A DNA stretch of 64,000 bases from Treponema sp. (GCF_051883275.1 NZ_JBJETK010000004.1:13270-77269), one strand, 5' to 3'. Positions 15,367 through 25,767 are shown, counted from the first letter of the stretch. Notes: generated by a model from the letters alone, not told the origin. Program-made: numbers and translations.

Positions 15367-15768
15367 TTGTCGCATCTCTGTCAAAAAGTATTTGGGAATA
15401 AACGGAAAACCAAAACTGCGCGGCATTTCCGTTCATCAAGATAAACATTTTTATTTATCTAGATAGCGCCAAAAATTCATCTTGATGACCGCACCTGATT
15501 CATCAAGATGAACGGTGTATGTTTATCTTGATGAATACACCCAATTCATCTTGATAAACGCAGGTAATTCATCAAGATGAATTTCCAAAAAAGAGCGGAT
15601 AAATCAAGATAAAATGCTATAAATTCGGGATGAATTTGAAAACAAAACGGGATAAAAAAAGGAGTTTCGCGCGCCTGAAAAGCACCGGAACTCCTGAAAT
15701 TACATATTGATTTACTTCTATAATATATCAGATTTTTCTTCATTAAGCAAATGATTTTCGACCGCTTT
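15367..15768 (+). repeat. ~250-bp direct repeat, copy b, interrupted by a 150-bp palindrome array
   Basis: 15367-15430 and 15582-15768 match 12261-12509. Confidence 0.95.
15431..15580. mobile_element. 150-bp MITE-like array of seven TTYATC-WW-GATRAA palindromes at 22-23 bp spacing
   Basis: Motifs start at 15432, 15454, 15476, 15499, 15522, 15545 and 15568. Flanked by an ATTTCC direct repeat (15425-15430, 15581-15586). Absent from repeat copy a. Confidence 0.7.
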
Positions 15769-15868
15769 CCCGGGAATGAGTTTTATCCTCCTCTTTTCAA
15801 AATCTTTACAAATTTTTCAACAAAATCTAACACACGCGCGATACTATGCCTTCCAGAAGAGGTACTTT

Positions 15869-17170
15869 ATGAAAAGACAATCATTGTATATTGCGGCGGC
15901 GGCTCTTGTGCTTGCTTCGTGCGCATCCACCGGCGTAAAAAAATCTGCGGACGGCTATGGCGCTGTTTCAAAAAACGGTGCCGCAGTTCCGTACCGCATG
16001 CTTTTAAAAACGGCAGACGGCGTTGAAATTCAAAACGGAGGCTACGGCTCTGACGGCTGTGCGCACCCTACGGATTCTTCGCTTTTCTACCTTATAACAG
16101 ACCGCGGTCCGAACATTGATTACGAGGGTGCAAACGGAAAGGGAAAGCTTTTTCCTGTTCCTGAATATTCGCCAAGAATCGGGCTTTTCAGAATGGAAAA
16201 GGACGGCACTGTTTCGCTTGTAAAGGAAATCATCCTCAAAACACCGGACGGAAAGCCGATTACAGGTCTTCCAAACCCTAAAGGCCGCGGTGCAACAGGC
16301 GAAATTGCCTACACCCTTGACGGAACAGTTTTAGGCACGGACGACTACGGTCTTGACAGCGAGGGAATTGCTGCGGCAAAGGACGGAACGTTCTGGATTT
16401 CAGACGAATACGGTCCGCACATCGTTCACTATGCGGCTGACGGAACGGAAATTGAGCGCATAAGTCCGTACGGAATGACAACAGGAAACCGCCATCTTCC
16501 TGCTGTTCTTGCGCGCCGTCGGGCAAACCGCGGAATGGAAGGACTTGCGCTTACGCCGGACGGAAAAACTCTCGTCGGTCTTATGCAGTCAACGCTGTTC
16601 AACCCTTCAAAAAAGGAAATCACAAACAAGCGCCTTATCCGTATAGTTACGTTTGACATTGCAAGCGGCGCTACAAAGCAGTTTGTCTATCTTCAGAACA
16701 AGGAAACAGATTCCACCTGCGGAATTGCTGCTCTTTCAAACACGGAATTTGTTGTCATTGAGCGCGACGGCAATTTTTCAGGCGAAAAGGAAACGCACAA
16801 ATATCTTTTCAAGATTGACATAAGCGGCGCAACGGACGTTACTGGCGATGACGTACAGTCACCGGCAGGAATGCTCGTGAACGGAAAAACGCTTGAGCAG
16901 TGTTCGGCAGAAGAACTTTCCAAGGCAGGAATAAAGACTGTTTCCAAAAAGCTTCTTGTTGACCTGACTTCATATCTTCCGAACAAATATCCGCACGACA
17001 AGCTTGAAGGACTGTGGATTACGGGACGCAATTCAATCGCCGTTGCAAACGACAATGACTTTGCGATTACCGTAGAAAACAACAGGCTCGTTCAGAAAAT
17101 TCTTCCGGGAACAGACAGAATTGATGACGACGTTGTGTACGTCATAACGCTGAACGAACCGCTTTACTAG
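15869..17170 (+). CDS. Esterase-like activity of phytase family lipoprotein
   Basis: Lipobox-type MKRQSLYIAAAALVLASC; motifs ITDRGPN, DSEGI, FWISDEYGP.I, NRGMEGLAL, HDKLEG, NDNDF. Start moved from ORF-track 15776 to the MKRQ ATG. Confidence 0.85.
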   Translation: MKRQSLYIAAAALVLASCASTGVKKSADGYGAVSKNGAAVPYRMLLKTADGVEIQNGGYGSDGCAHPTDSSLFYLITDRGPNIDYEGANGKGKLFPVPEYSPRIGLFRMEKDGTVSLVKEIILKTPDGKPITGLPNPKGRGATGEIAYTLDGTVLGTDDYGLDSEGIAAAKDGTFWISDEYGPHIVHYAADGTEIERISPYGMTTGNRHLPAVLARRRANRGMEGLALTPDGKTLVGLMQSTLFNPSKKEITNKRLIRIVTFDIASGATKQFVYLQNKETDSTCGIAALSNTEFVVIERDGNFSGEKETHKYLFKIDISGATDVTGDDVQSPAGMLVNGKTLEQCSAEELSKAGIKTVSKKLLVDLTSYLPNKYPHDKLEGLWITGRNSIAVANDNDFAITVENNRLVQKILPGTDRIDDDVVYVITLNEPLY

Positions 17171-17266
17171 GGAAGCACTGAGTAACATTTGAATCGGTTA
17201 ATACATCCGGGCAGAAAAGAAAGCATCTTCCGAGTCTGCCCGGTAATTTCATTTTCAGGGGATATT

Positions 17267-19396
17267 ATGGACGGCACTTCACCGGCACAGACAGGCTGCT
17301 ATCAGAACAGGGAATTGTCCTGGCTTTTGTTCAACGAGCGCGTTCTTGATGAAGCCGGAAATACTGACGTACCGCTTGCGGAGCGGCTTACTTTTGCATC
17401 GATTTATCAGTCTAATCTTGACGAATTTTTTATGGTTCGCGTGGGAACTCTTATGGTTCAGATGCTTTCCGGCGAAACAATCCGTGACAACAAGACGAAT
17501 ATGACCGCGCGGGATCAGGTGAGCGCAATTCTTGATACCGTTAAGTCGCTTGAAAAAAAGAAAACTGCAATCTACACGCAGCTTATGGAAGAGCTTGCGG
17601 AACACGGCGTGAGCCTTATCAATTTCAATACGCTTTCTGACGATGAGGGGAAAATCCTTGAGGCGTATTTTGACAGGAACATTGCGCCTTTCTTAAGCCC
17701 GATGATTATCGGAAAACAGCAGCCGTTTCCTTTTCTTCCGAACGGAGAACTGTATGCGGTCGTCCTGCTTTCAAACAGAAACGGCAAAAACAGGATGGGA
17801 ATCGTGCCGTGTTCAAATCAGATTTTCAAGCGGCTTATAGAAATTCCGTCCCGTCCGGGAACATTTATGCTGTGCGAAGAGCTTATCCTTCATTTTGTGA
17901 CGAAGCTTTTTTCAAATTACGCAGTGCGCGAAAAATCAGTCATCCGCATTACCCGGAACGCAGACATTGAGCCGACCGAAGTTTACGACGAGGATTTGGA
18001 CTACCGCAATTTTATGGAACACCTTATCAAGCAGAGAAAGCGTATGAGCCCTGTCCGCCTTGAACTTAGCCGGCAGATAAACGAGTCTGCAAAAAAGGAA
18101 CTTTCTGGTATTCTCGGAATTGACGGCGCGCATATCATAAACGCAGGAACTCCGCTTGACCTTTCGTTTGTGTTCCAGATACGCGATTTTATCCGCAGCA
18201 AAAAAGAGCTTTTTTACCGGAAGCGCATTCCAAAAAATTCGCCGTCCGTTGATGTCCGCAAAAGCATTATTCCGCAGATTATGAAAAAGGACGTCCTTCT
18301 TTCGTATCCGTTTGAAAGTATGAAGCCGTTTCTGAACCTTCTGCACGAAGCGGCGGAAGATTCAAGCGTCGTTTCCATAAAGATGACACTTTACCGCGTT
18401 GCCGACAAAAGCAAGATAATCGACTCTTTGATTGAGGCGGCGGAAAACGGAAAGGAAGTCGTTGTTCTTGTGGAACTTCGCGCGCGTTTTGACGAGGAAA
18501 ATAATATCGAAATGTCGCGAAGGCTTGAGGAAGCCGGATGCCGGATTATCTATGGTCTGGGCGATTACAAAGTCCATTCCAAGCTTTGCCTGATTACGCG
18601 CCACACGGAAAACGGACTTTCCTATATCACGCAGATTGGAACGGGAAACTACAACGAAAAAACGTCGCTTCTGTACACGGACTTGTCGCTGATTACCGCC
18701 GATTCGCGGATAGGAACTGATGCCGCCGCCGTGTTCAAGTCGCTTTTGCTTGGCGAAACTGTTGACGAAACGGACTGCCTTCTTGTTGCGCCGAACTGTC
18801 TTCAGAACCGCATACTTCAGATGATAGACGAGCAGATTGCGCTTGCAAAAACGCAGGGCGCGCCGCATAAAAATGCGTATATCGGAATAAAAATCAATTC
18901 GCTCACCGACAAGGTGATTATCGACAAGCTTGTTGAGGCAAGCTGCGCCGGCGTCAGAATTGAACTTTGCGTTCGCGGAATTTGCTGTCTTGTTCCGGGA
19001 ATACGCGGACTTACAGACAATATAAAAATCGTGAGCATAGTCGGGCGTTTCCTTGAACATTCAAGAATTTACATCTTCGGAAATCCGTCCGCTCAGGATG
19101 GTTCTGCCGGTGCAAGCAGGGATTGCCGCATTTTTATAGGCTCTGCCGATTTTATGACGCGCAACACCGAGCGGCGCGTTGAAGTTGCCGTTCCTGTATT
19201 TGACGATGACATAAAAAACAGGCTTGTGCATATCTTTACGACCGTAATGGCAGACAACGTAAAGGGCAGGGAGCTTACGGCAGAAAAAATCTACGTCCGC
19301 CGCACAGTCTGCGACGAAGAAAAACGCTGCTCTTCCCAGGAACAGTTCTACGAAGAAGCGTATAAGGCTGTTTCCAGACGTGAAGCGCAGCCGTAA
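17267..19396 (+). CDS. ppk1: Polyphosphate kinase 1
   Basis: NRELSWL.FNERVL.EA, SNLDEFFMVRVG, IKMTLYRVA, VELRARFDEENN, KVHSK, GTGNYN, GRFLEHSRIY, IGSAD.M.RN..RRVE. Confidence 0.97.
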   Translation: MDGTSPAQTGCYQNRELSWLLFNERVLDEAGNTDVPLAERLTFASIYQSNLDEFFMVRVGTLMVQMLSGETIRDNKTNMTARDQVSAILDTVKSLEKKKTAIYTQLMEELAEHGVSLINFNTLSDDEGKILEAYFDRNIAPFLSPMIIGKQQPFPFLPNGELYAVVLLSNRNGKNRMGIVPCSNQIFKRLIEIPSRPGTFMLCEELILHFVTKLFSNYAVREKSVIRITRNADIEPTEVYDEDLDYRNFMEHLIKQRKRMSPVRLELSRQINESAKKELSGILGIDGAHIINAGTPLDLSFVFQIRDFIRSKKELFYRKRIPKNSPSVDVRKSIIPQIMKKDVLLSYPFESMKPFLNLLHEAAEDSSVVSIKMTLYRVADKSKIIDSLIEAAENGKEVVVLVELRARFDEENNIEMSRRLEEAGCRIIYGLGDYKVHSKLCLITRHTENGLSYITQIGTGNYNEKTSLLYTDLSLITADSRIGTDAAAVFKSLLLGETVDETDCLLVAPNCLQNRILQMIDEQIALAKTQGAPHKNAYIGIKINSLTDKVIIDKLVEASCAGVRIELCVRGICCLVPGIRGLTDNIKIVSIVGRFLEHSRIYIFGNPSAQDGSAGASRDCRIFIGSADFMTRNTERRVEVAVPVFDDDIKNRLVHIFTTVMADNVKGRELTAEKIYVRRTVCDEEKRCSSQEQFYEEAYKAVSRREAQP

Positions 19397-19726
19397 AACT
19401 TGCAGAAATCGGGATTTTGGATTGCACAGACGGATTGGAGCAGTAAAATTCTGAAAAAGCCCTTGTCTGAAAAATTTTCATATTGCAGGAAAGCGTATTC
19501 TGTTTTTTGCTTATGTGTTTTCAGGCAAGGTGAATTCTTTTCTGGAAGAAATGTTTAGTTTTTCAAAAATGGAAATTCATCTGGCTTTTACAGTTTCAAT
19601 GCTGTAAACCAGTTCGTCTGCAATCTGTGCGTCCTTTTGCTTGTGTAATATTTGAAACTCGAAAATTGGATTGTATAGAAAAATATCACAAAAAAAATAC
19701 AGGATTGCCTTTTTTACTTATATTTT

Positions 19727-20980
19727 CTACATTAATCCCATGATATTCATAAACGATACGAATGTCCTGATCTGCTCCAAAGAAGCCTCATCGTTTATGA
19801 CGACTTTTTTTGCAAGGTTTCTGCATTCTTCCCAGGACAGTTGCCATAGATCGTGGTTATCAGGATCTGCCTCAAGATATTCAACTTCAAGTGATTTTAT
19901 CGTTATGAATTGATCTACAAGATAATTAGGCACGTCAATGCTACCGTTGTTATAGTTATCTTCAAATAAAAAACTTCCGTCATAGAAATTTTCTCCATCG
20001 CCTTCGTATTGTTCTAAATTAAAGCGGTAGTAAGAATAGCAATAGTTAAAAGATTCTGTCTTTTCAAACTCCAGAGAAGAAGCTGCGGATATATCATATT
20101 TCCACGATATGCTGACATTCTTGTCCTTGTAGATACACAATTCCATTTCGTCATTAAAGCACTCTTCTTCAGAAAGTTCTATATTTTTTCCGCTTTCATA
20201 GGAAATCTGAAGTTGTTTAATCTGGAAGTTGTTTCTTGATGAATAAAACATACGCACGGGGAAGCCGATTTTTACATCAAATGAAGCGAAAGGCGGAATT
20301 TCATCAGAAAGGGATACTGATACAGAGGTTTGTTCCGCATCCTCATCAGGCTTTATATTGTATGAAAATGAAATCTCTTTTATAGTTTCTCCGGTTGTGT
20401 TGCACAGGCTCACTTCAACATAATCTTTGAAAAACTGGTAGCACTGAATGACAATCGGCAGTGTTGAATCTTTGTAGACGGCTCTGAAAACGGCTTTTTC
20501 GCTTTCGCTGTCACGCATTTTTATGAGCTTTGCGCTTGGCGTAGGCAAGTACACGACCTCATCTTTTTCAGAATGAGAAGGATTAACGTCTTTTTCTGAG
20601 TATTTATCGTATAAATAGGTGAAAGGTTCTTCGGCAATATCATTGGCGAAGTTATGAATGTCTGATTCATAAGAGTAGAAAGGATTAATAACCAGAATGA
20701 GATATAATAAGCCACAGCCAAGCGAGATTGCACTATGAACAACCGAACAGGCAAGGAATCTTTTTATTTTCTGCTTTTTATATACAGAAACGGAAAATAT
20801 GATTCCCGGAACTGAAAGGAGCAATACAGGAATCCAGCCGAAAAAAATGCTGAATACTGTCACAGTATCGATTATTTCATTTTCATAGCCCAGCAAAAAA
20901 TCGGCAAAAATGGCAATCAGAATGAAGATATAAACAAAAAACGGGCTGACAGAGAAGATTTTTGCAAATTTGTGTTTCAT
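19727..20980 (-). CDS. Hypothetical membrane-anchored protein
   Basis: 417 aa with three N-terminal hydrophobic segments followed by an acidic soluble region; no family recognised. Confidence 0.7.
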   Translation of the reverse strand: MKHKFAKIFSVSPFFVYIFILIAIFADFLLGYENEIIDTVTVFSIFFGWIPVLLLSVPGIIFSVSVYKKQKIKRFLACSVVHSAISLGCGLLYLILVINPFYSYESDIHNFANDIAEEPFTYLYDKYSEKDVNPSHSEKDEVVYLPTPSAKLIKMRDSESEKAVFRAVYKDSTLPIVIQCYQFFKDYVEVSLCNTTGETIKEISFSYNIKPDEDAEQTSVSVSLSDEIPPFASFDVKIGFPVRMFYSSRNNFQIKQLQISYESGKNIELSEEECFNDEMELCIYKDKNVSISWKYDISAASSLEFEKTESFNYCYSYYRFNLEQYEGDGENFYDGSFLFEDNYNNGSIDVPNYLVDQFITIKSLEVEYLEADPDNHDLWQLSWEECRNLAKKVVINDEASLEQIRTFVSFMNIMGLM

Positions 20981-21109
20981 TGCGTTTCCTTAATTCAATT
21001 CTTTTATTCGAAATTATGACATACTTTTAATTAAAGTGTAATAGAAAAAAACTGAAAATGGAAAAACTAGAGTTTTGAAAAAGAATGCATAAACTTTGAG
21101 GCCGTTTGA

Positions 21110-21715
21110 CTAATCTTCGTAAGTTTCAAGAATATTACTTTTTTCCAAGTTTGCGGAAAAAAGATACATCGACTCAAAATCTTCATCATAAGGTGTAAGG
21201 AATTTATATCTAAAATTACCTTTATATTGTTTCAGCTCTTCAAATGAAACTATTGACATGGTTTTTGTACCCAAATCAATTAGTTTTATTTGAGGCTCTT
21301 TTTTCATAACTTTTTTTACCTCGTCATAAACGGCTTCCACTTCTGACCAATCAAAGTTTTCCTCATAGAATAAACATTTTTCATCTGTTGATAAGAATTC
21401 ATAAGAATGAATACCTTTTAAACCATTCAAAGGTAAGTTGAATTTGTTTGCATATTCTTTAAGGTTTTTTGAAGAAGTTATTTGTCCTAACATCCATCTT
21501 TGAAAGATAGTAATTGGTACTTTTTTTATTTTATATTCAAACCAAAAATCACTTTCTTTGGTATTTTTCTTAAAAGCGTGGTAAACGTAATCATTCTTTA
21601 TCCACATAAAATGAGTTTTTCCTGAATTCAACTCTTTTGGGAGGCGAATAATCTGTACATTCTTTGGATCTTTGATTTTTGCCTTAACAGCTTCAATTAA
21701 ACAGTTGCTATACAT
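21110..21715 (-). CDS. Hypothetical AT-rich protein (ORFan-like)
   Basis: 201 aa ORF with an AGGAG RBS; composition is unlike the flanking core genes. Confidence 0.7.
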   Translation of the reverse strand: MYSNCLIEAVKAKIKDPKNVQIIRLPKELNSGKTHFMWIKNDYVYHAFKKNTKESDFWFEYKIKKVPITIFQRWMLGQITSSKNLKEYANKFNLPLNGLKGIHSYEFLSTDEKCLFYEENFDWSEVEAVYDEVKKVMKKEPQIKLIDLGTKTMSIVSFEELKQYKGNFRYKFLTPYDEDFESMYLFSANLEKSNILETYED

Positions 21716-22249
21716 CGTTCGCTCCTTCCTTTAAAGAATAATATAGATATTATAGTCTGTAAAGTTTCTAAAAAAATGGAACGTTTAGACTGTTCGCGAG
21801 AACGCGAACGAATTACACTTCTCGAAAGTTGAAACTTTCTATGCACGGACTTTGAATGATGTTTGGCTTAGAATTTTATAAAAGATAACATATCCGATGT
21901 ATAAAGAGTGGCAGTCTCAAAGACCCCATGATGGTTTAACAGACCGGAGGAGCTTAGAACTACCTGAGAAGAGGGCAAGCAACTAATCTGTAGAATTTGG
22001 ATTAGTCTTAGAAAGTTTTACTTTTACTTGCTGTCCACCTTTGTACAAAATAATATCATTTTCGAAAATTTCCTTATAAATATCTACATTGTAAAAACTA
22101 ATTAGTTTAGGTCTGTTTTCATCTTTTAAAGAAACAACAAACATTAAAACAACTTTTTTGTTTTGAACTTCGACCGGCTTAAAGTAAAAATGCCGTTTAT
22201 CTTCATAACTGTCATTTTTATTTGCTTGACAATGTCCCCTCTTCCGCCT

Positions 22250-22398
22250 TCCTTATTCTTACAGTATGGAGCCTGCTCAAAAAGATTTCGGATGTATTCC
22301 TCCTGTTTCAGACCGTTGCCCTTTGCTGTTTGAACAAGTGAGAACATAAAGCAGGTGCTTTTAGCTCTTTTGCCGCTGTAATTTTTGCCAACAGACAA
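22250..22398 (-). pseudogene. IS66-family transposase C-terminal remnant
   Basis: AKSTCFMFSLVQTAKGNGLKQEEYIRNLFEQAP resembles the IS66 C-terminal motif (YSLI.TAK.NG..P..YL..L...P). Confidence 0.7.
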
Positions 22399-22503
22399 AA
22401 TTTAGTTTAAAATGACAGGCGGAAAATTCAGTGTTTGTGTATTATGCTTTTTGTAAGGGAATGGCTGCAAAAAATTTGTGCGGCTCTACCCGGGGAGAAA
22501 ATT

Positions 22504-23400
22504 ATGGACTGGCTTGTATGTATTCGAAGGGCGGTTGACTTTATGGAAGAAAATCTTTTGACCGTAAAAGGGACGGAAGAAATATCGCGTTATTCCGGAG
22601 TTTCTGCGATGTATCTTCAAAAAGGTTTCCAGATTATGACCGGCTTCTCACTGGGCGAATACATAAGAAACAGAAGGCTTTATGAAAGTGCTTTGGAATT
22701 ATGCCAGAAAGATTCAAAAGTAACTGACATCGCATTCAAATACGGTTACGACACTTCTGAAAGTTTTTCAAAAGCGTTTACCAGATTTCACAATGCAACG
22801 CCTTCCCAAATAAAAAAAGACAGACACCTTATAAAAACCTTTCTCCCCCTGAAAATCCAGATTATTATCCAAGGAGGCAACAAAATGGATTACACAATCG
22901 AAACAATGGAAAATTTCAAACTGATTGGATTTGAGCGGACTTTTAATTATGAAGATTCTTACAAAAAAATCCCGGAATTCTGGACTGAAATTTGTACCGC
23001 CTATCAGTCAAAACTTTTTTCCGGCAAGAATCCTAAAAATGAAATTGAAAAAGCCATTGTAGAAAACAGAATCGGTGAATTCGGCGTTTGCATTGACGAT
23101 ATGAATGACGGAAAATCATTTCATTACCTGATTGCAGGAAGATATTTCGGCGGCAATGTTCCGCAGGGAATGAAAGTTGTCGAACTTCCGAAAACAAAAT
23201 GGGCAAAGTTCAACTGCATCGGACCTATGCCGCAATCGCTTCAGTCAGTAAACACCCAAATCTGGAACGAATGGCTGCCCGGCAATTCCGAATGGGAAAT
23301 TTCTGGAAAATACAACATTGAATGGTATTCTTCCGAAAAAACAAATTCCCCGGACTACAAAAGCGCAATCTGGATTCCAGTCGTAGAAAAAAAATCCTGA
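22504..23400 (+). CDS. AraC family regulator with a GyrI-like effector-binding domain
   Basis: YLQKGFQIMTGFSLGEYIR.RRL...DIAFKYGYDTSESFSKAFTRFH..TPS; C-terminal WA.F.CIGPMPQSLQ.V..QIW.EWLP. Confidence 0.93.
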   Translation: MDWLVCIRRAVDFMEENLLTVKGTEEISRYSGVSAMYLQKGFQIMTGFSLGEYIRNRRLYESALELCQKDSKVTDIAFKYGYDTSESFSKAFTRFHNATPSQIKKDRHLIKTFLPLKIQIIIQGGNKMDYTIETMENFKLIGFERTFNYEDSYKKIPEFWTEICTAYQSKLFSGKNPKNEIEKAIVENRIGEFGVCIDDMNDGKSFHYLIAGRYFGGNVPQGMKVVELPKTKWAKFNCIGPMPQSLQSVNTQIWNEWLPGNSEWEISGKYNIEWYSSEKTNSPDYKSAIWIPVVEKKS

Positions 23401-23507
23401 TAGTAAATTGCACGCTGCGGCCGTTCAGTTTTTGCTGTCCTGTGTTCATTCTGGACGGCTTGGCGCTCTGCAAATAATATTTCTCTGGAATTTCTTTTTA
23501 AAAAGAA

Positions 23508-23536
23508 TTGACATTTTTCATTCAATTAATTAGAGT
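23508..23536 (+). promoter_or_regulatory. Sigma70 promoter of glnA
   Basis: TTGACA-17 nt-TAGAGT. Confidence 0.75.
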
Positions 23537-23546
23537 AAAAGCAAGA

Positions 23547-23612
23547 ACATCGAAGGCGATGTGGCTGAGTGCTGATTTTCTTGGCATTCAATCACATCGC
23601 CTTATTTGTTTT
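23547..23612 (+). promoter_or_regulatory. Leader terminator with an overlapping hexaloop hairpin (ANTAR-like antitermination element)
   Basis: ACATC-GAAGGC-GATGT (23547-23562) overlaps the 5' arm of the stem AAGGCGATGTG/CACATCGCCTT, which is followed by ATTTGTTTT. Confidence 0.6.
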
Positions 23613-23634
23613 AGATTTATATGGGGGTTAGCAA

Positions 23635-25728
23635 ATGTCTAAAAATGTACCAGATTTGTTTGGAAGCATGGTTTTTAATCAGAAAGTTATGAAAGAACGT
23701 CTTCCAAAAGAAACATTCAAGGCTTTGAAAAAAACTTTGGATGATGGCGAACCGCTTAAAATTGATGTGGCGAATCAGGTCGCTCATGCAATGAAGGAAT
23801 GGGCAATCGAAAAAGGCGCTACTCATTTTACACATTGGTTCCAGCCTCTCACTGGAATTACAGCTGAAAAGCATGACAGTTTTATTACTCCCCAGGATGA
23901 CGGAACTGTTATTATGTCTTTCAGCGGAAAGGAGCTTGTAAAAGGCGAGCCTGATGCTTCTTCTTTCCCGAGTGGCGGACGCCGCGCAACTTTTGAGGCA
24001 CGTGGCTATACTGTATGGGATCCGACTGCATATCCATTTGTAAAGGAACACACATTGTGTATTCCTACGGCTTTCTGTTCTTACACAGGAGAAGCTCTTG
24101 ATAAAAAGACACCGCTTCTTCGCTCAATGGAAGCTCTGAACAAGCAGGCTCTCAGAATCCTCAAGCTCTTTGGAAACACAGAGGCGACTCATGTTGCTAC
24201 AACAGTAGGTCCTGAGCAGGAATACTTTATTGTTGACGAAAAGCTCTACAGCCAGCGCAAGGATCTTCGCATGGCAGGACGCACATTGTTCGGCGCAAAG
24301 CCTTCAAAAGGCCAGGAAATGGATGACCAGTACTTTGCAGCTTTGAATCCGCGCATTGTTGAGTACATGGAAGACCTGAACGATACACTCTGGAAATATG
24401 GAATTCTTTCCAAGACAGAGCATAATGAGGTTGCTCCGGCTCAGCACGAGATGGCTCCGATTTTCACAACAACAAATCTTGCGGCTGACCAGAACCAGCT
24501 TACAATGGAAGTTATGAAAAAAGTTGCCCGCCGCCATGGACTTGTCTGCCTTCTGCACGAAAAGCCTTTTGCAGGTCTTAACGGAAGCGGAAAGCACAAC
24601 AACTGGTCTATGTCCACAAACCTCGGGGAAAACCTTCTTGAGCCTGGAAAAACTCCTGAGAAAAACGCACAGTTCCTTTTGTTCCTCACAGCGGTAATCA
24701 AGGCTGTTGATGAAAACCAGGATCTTCTTAGAATTTCTGTTGCATCCGCTGGAAACGACCACCGCCTTGGAGCAAACGAGGCGCCGCCTGCGATTATATC
24801 AATGTATCTTGGCGATGAGCTTTATGCTGTTCTTGAATCTATAAAAGACGGAAAAACTCTCGGCGAGCACGGCGCACAGAAAATGACAATTGGAGTTGAC
24901 GTTCTGCCTCCGATTCCAAAGGATTCAACAGACCGCAATAGAACTTCTCCGTTTGCGTTTACCGGAAATAAATTCGAGTTCCGCTCATGCGGTTCTTCGC
25001 TTTCAATTTCAGGCCCGAATACAACACTGGATTCAATCGTAGCCTATACACTTAAGGAATTTGCCGACGAGCTTGAAAAGGCTTCTGACTTTGACACAGC
25101 CCTTGCCGAGCTTATCAAGCGCGAAGTTACAAAGCACTGGAGAGTTGTGTTCAACGGAAACGGCTATGATTCAAGCTGGGTTACTGAAGCTGAAAAGCGC
25201 GGACTTTTGAACCTCCGCACTCTTCCTGATGCAATGGCTCATTACCTTGACGAAAAGAACATAAAGCTCTTTACAGAAATGGGTGTTTATACCAATGTTG
25301 AGATGAACAGCCATTATGAAATCAAGCTTGAAAAATATGCCCAGATTCTGAATATTGAAGTTCAGACAATGCTTGAGATGGTAAACAAGGACATTCTTCC
25401 GTCTGCATTCAAGTATATGGACGCAGTAAGCAAGACTGTCATTGACCTCAAGGCAGTTGTTCCTGGTGCAAAGGCAAGTGCACAGGCTGAAATTCTTTCC
25501 AAGCTCGACTCCCTTGTAAACAGCCTTTCTGAAAAATCAGCCCAGCTTGACAAGCTCCATGAGGAAGCCCAGAATGCCGGCGACTGCATGAAGATTGCGC
25601 GCATCTACGTTGACAAGGTTATTCCTGCAATGAATGAAGTCCGCGCGGTTGCTGATGAAATAGAGCCTCTGCTCGGCGAAGACTACAAGCCGTTCCCTAG
25701 CTACGAGGATCTCTTGTTCAGAGTTTAA
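23635..25728 (+). CDS. glnA: Glutamine synthetase type III
   Basis: 697 aa; GATHFTHWFQPLTG.TAEKHDSF, GEPDASSFPSGG.RATFEARGYT.WDPT, HNEVAPAQHE, NGSGKHNNWS, DRNRTSPFAFTGNKFEFR. Confidence 0.97.
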   Translation: MSKNVPDLFGSMVFNQKVMKERLPKETFKALKKTLDDGEPLKIDVANQVAHAMKEWAIEKGATHFTHWFQPLTGITAEKHDSFITPQDDGTVIMSFSGKELVKGEPDASSFPSGGRRATFEARGYTVWDPTAYPFVKEHTLCIPTAFCSYTGEALDKKTPLLRSMEALNKQALRILKLFGNTEATHVATTVGPEQEYFIVDEKLYSQRKDLRMAGRTLFGAKPSKGQEMDDQYFAALNPRIVEYMEDLNDTLWKYGILSKTEHNEVAPAQHEMAPIFTTTNLAADQNQLTMEVMKKVARRHGLVCLLHEKPFAGLNGSGKHNNWSMSTNLGENLLEPGKTPEKNAQFLLFLTAVIKAVDENQDLLRISVASAGNDHRLGANEAPPAIISMYLGDELYAVLESIKDGKTLGEHGAQKMTIGVDVLPPIPKDSTDRNRTSPFAFTGNKFEFRSCGSSLSISGPNTTLDSIVAYTLKEFADELEKASDFDTALAELIKREVTKHWRVVFNGNGYDSSWVTEAEKRGLLNLRTLPDAMAHYLDEKNIKLFTEMGVYTNVEMNSHYEIKLEKYAQILNIEVQTMLEMVNKDILPSAFKYMDAVSKTVIDLKAVVPGAKASAQAEILSKLDSLVNSLSEKSAQLDKLHEEAQNAGDCMKIARIYVDKVIPAMNEVRAVADEIEPLLGEDYKPFPSYEDLLFRV

Positions 25729-25767
25729 CGCTAAAAAACGTTTTTCAGCGTTTTGAATTTTTACAGG

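Noticed and set aside
15431-15580. CRISPR array
   Set aside because: Units are 14 bp with 8-9 bp spacers that are partly complementary to each other. This is far below CRISPR dimensions, and there are no cas genes in the window.
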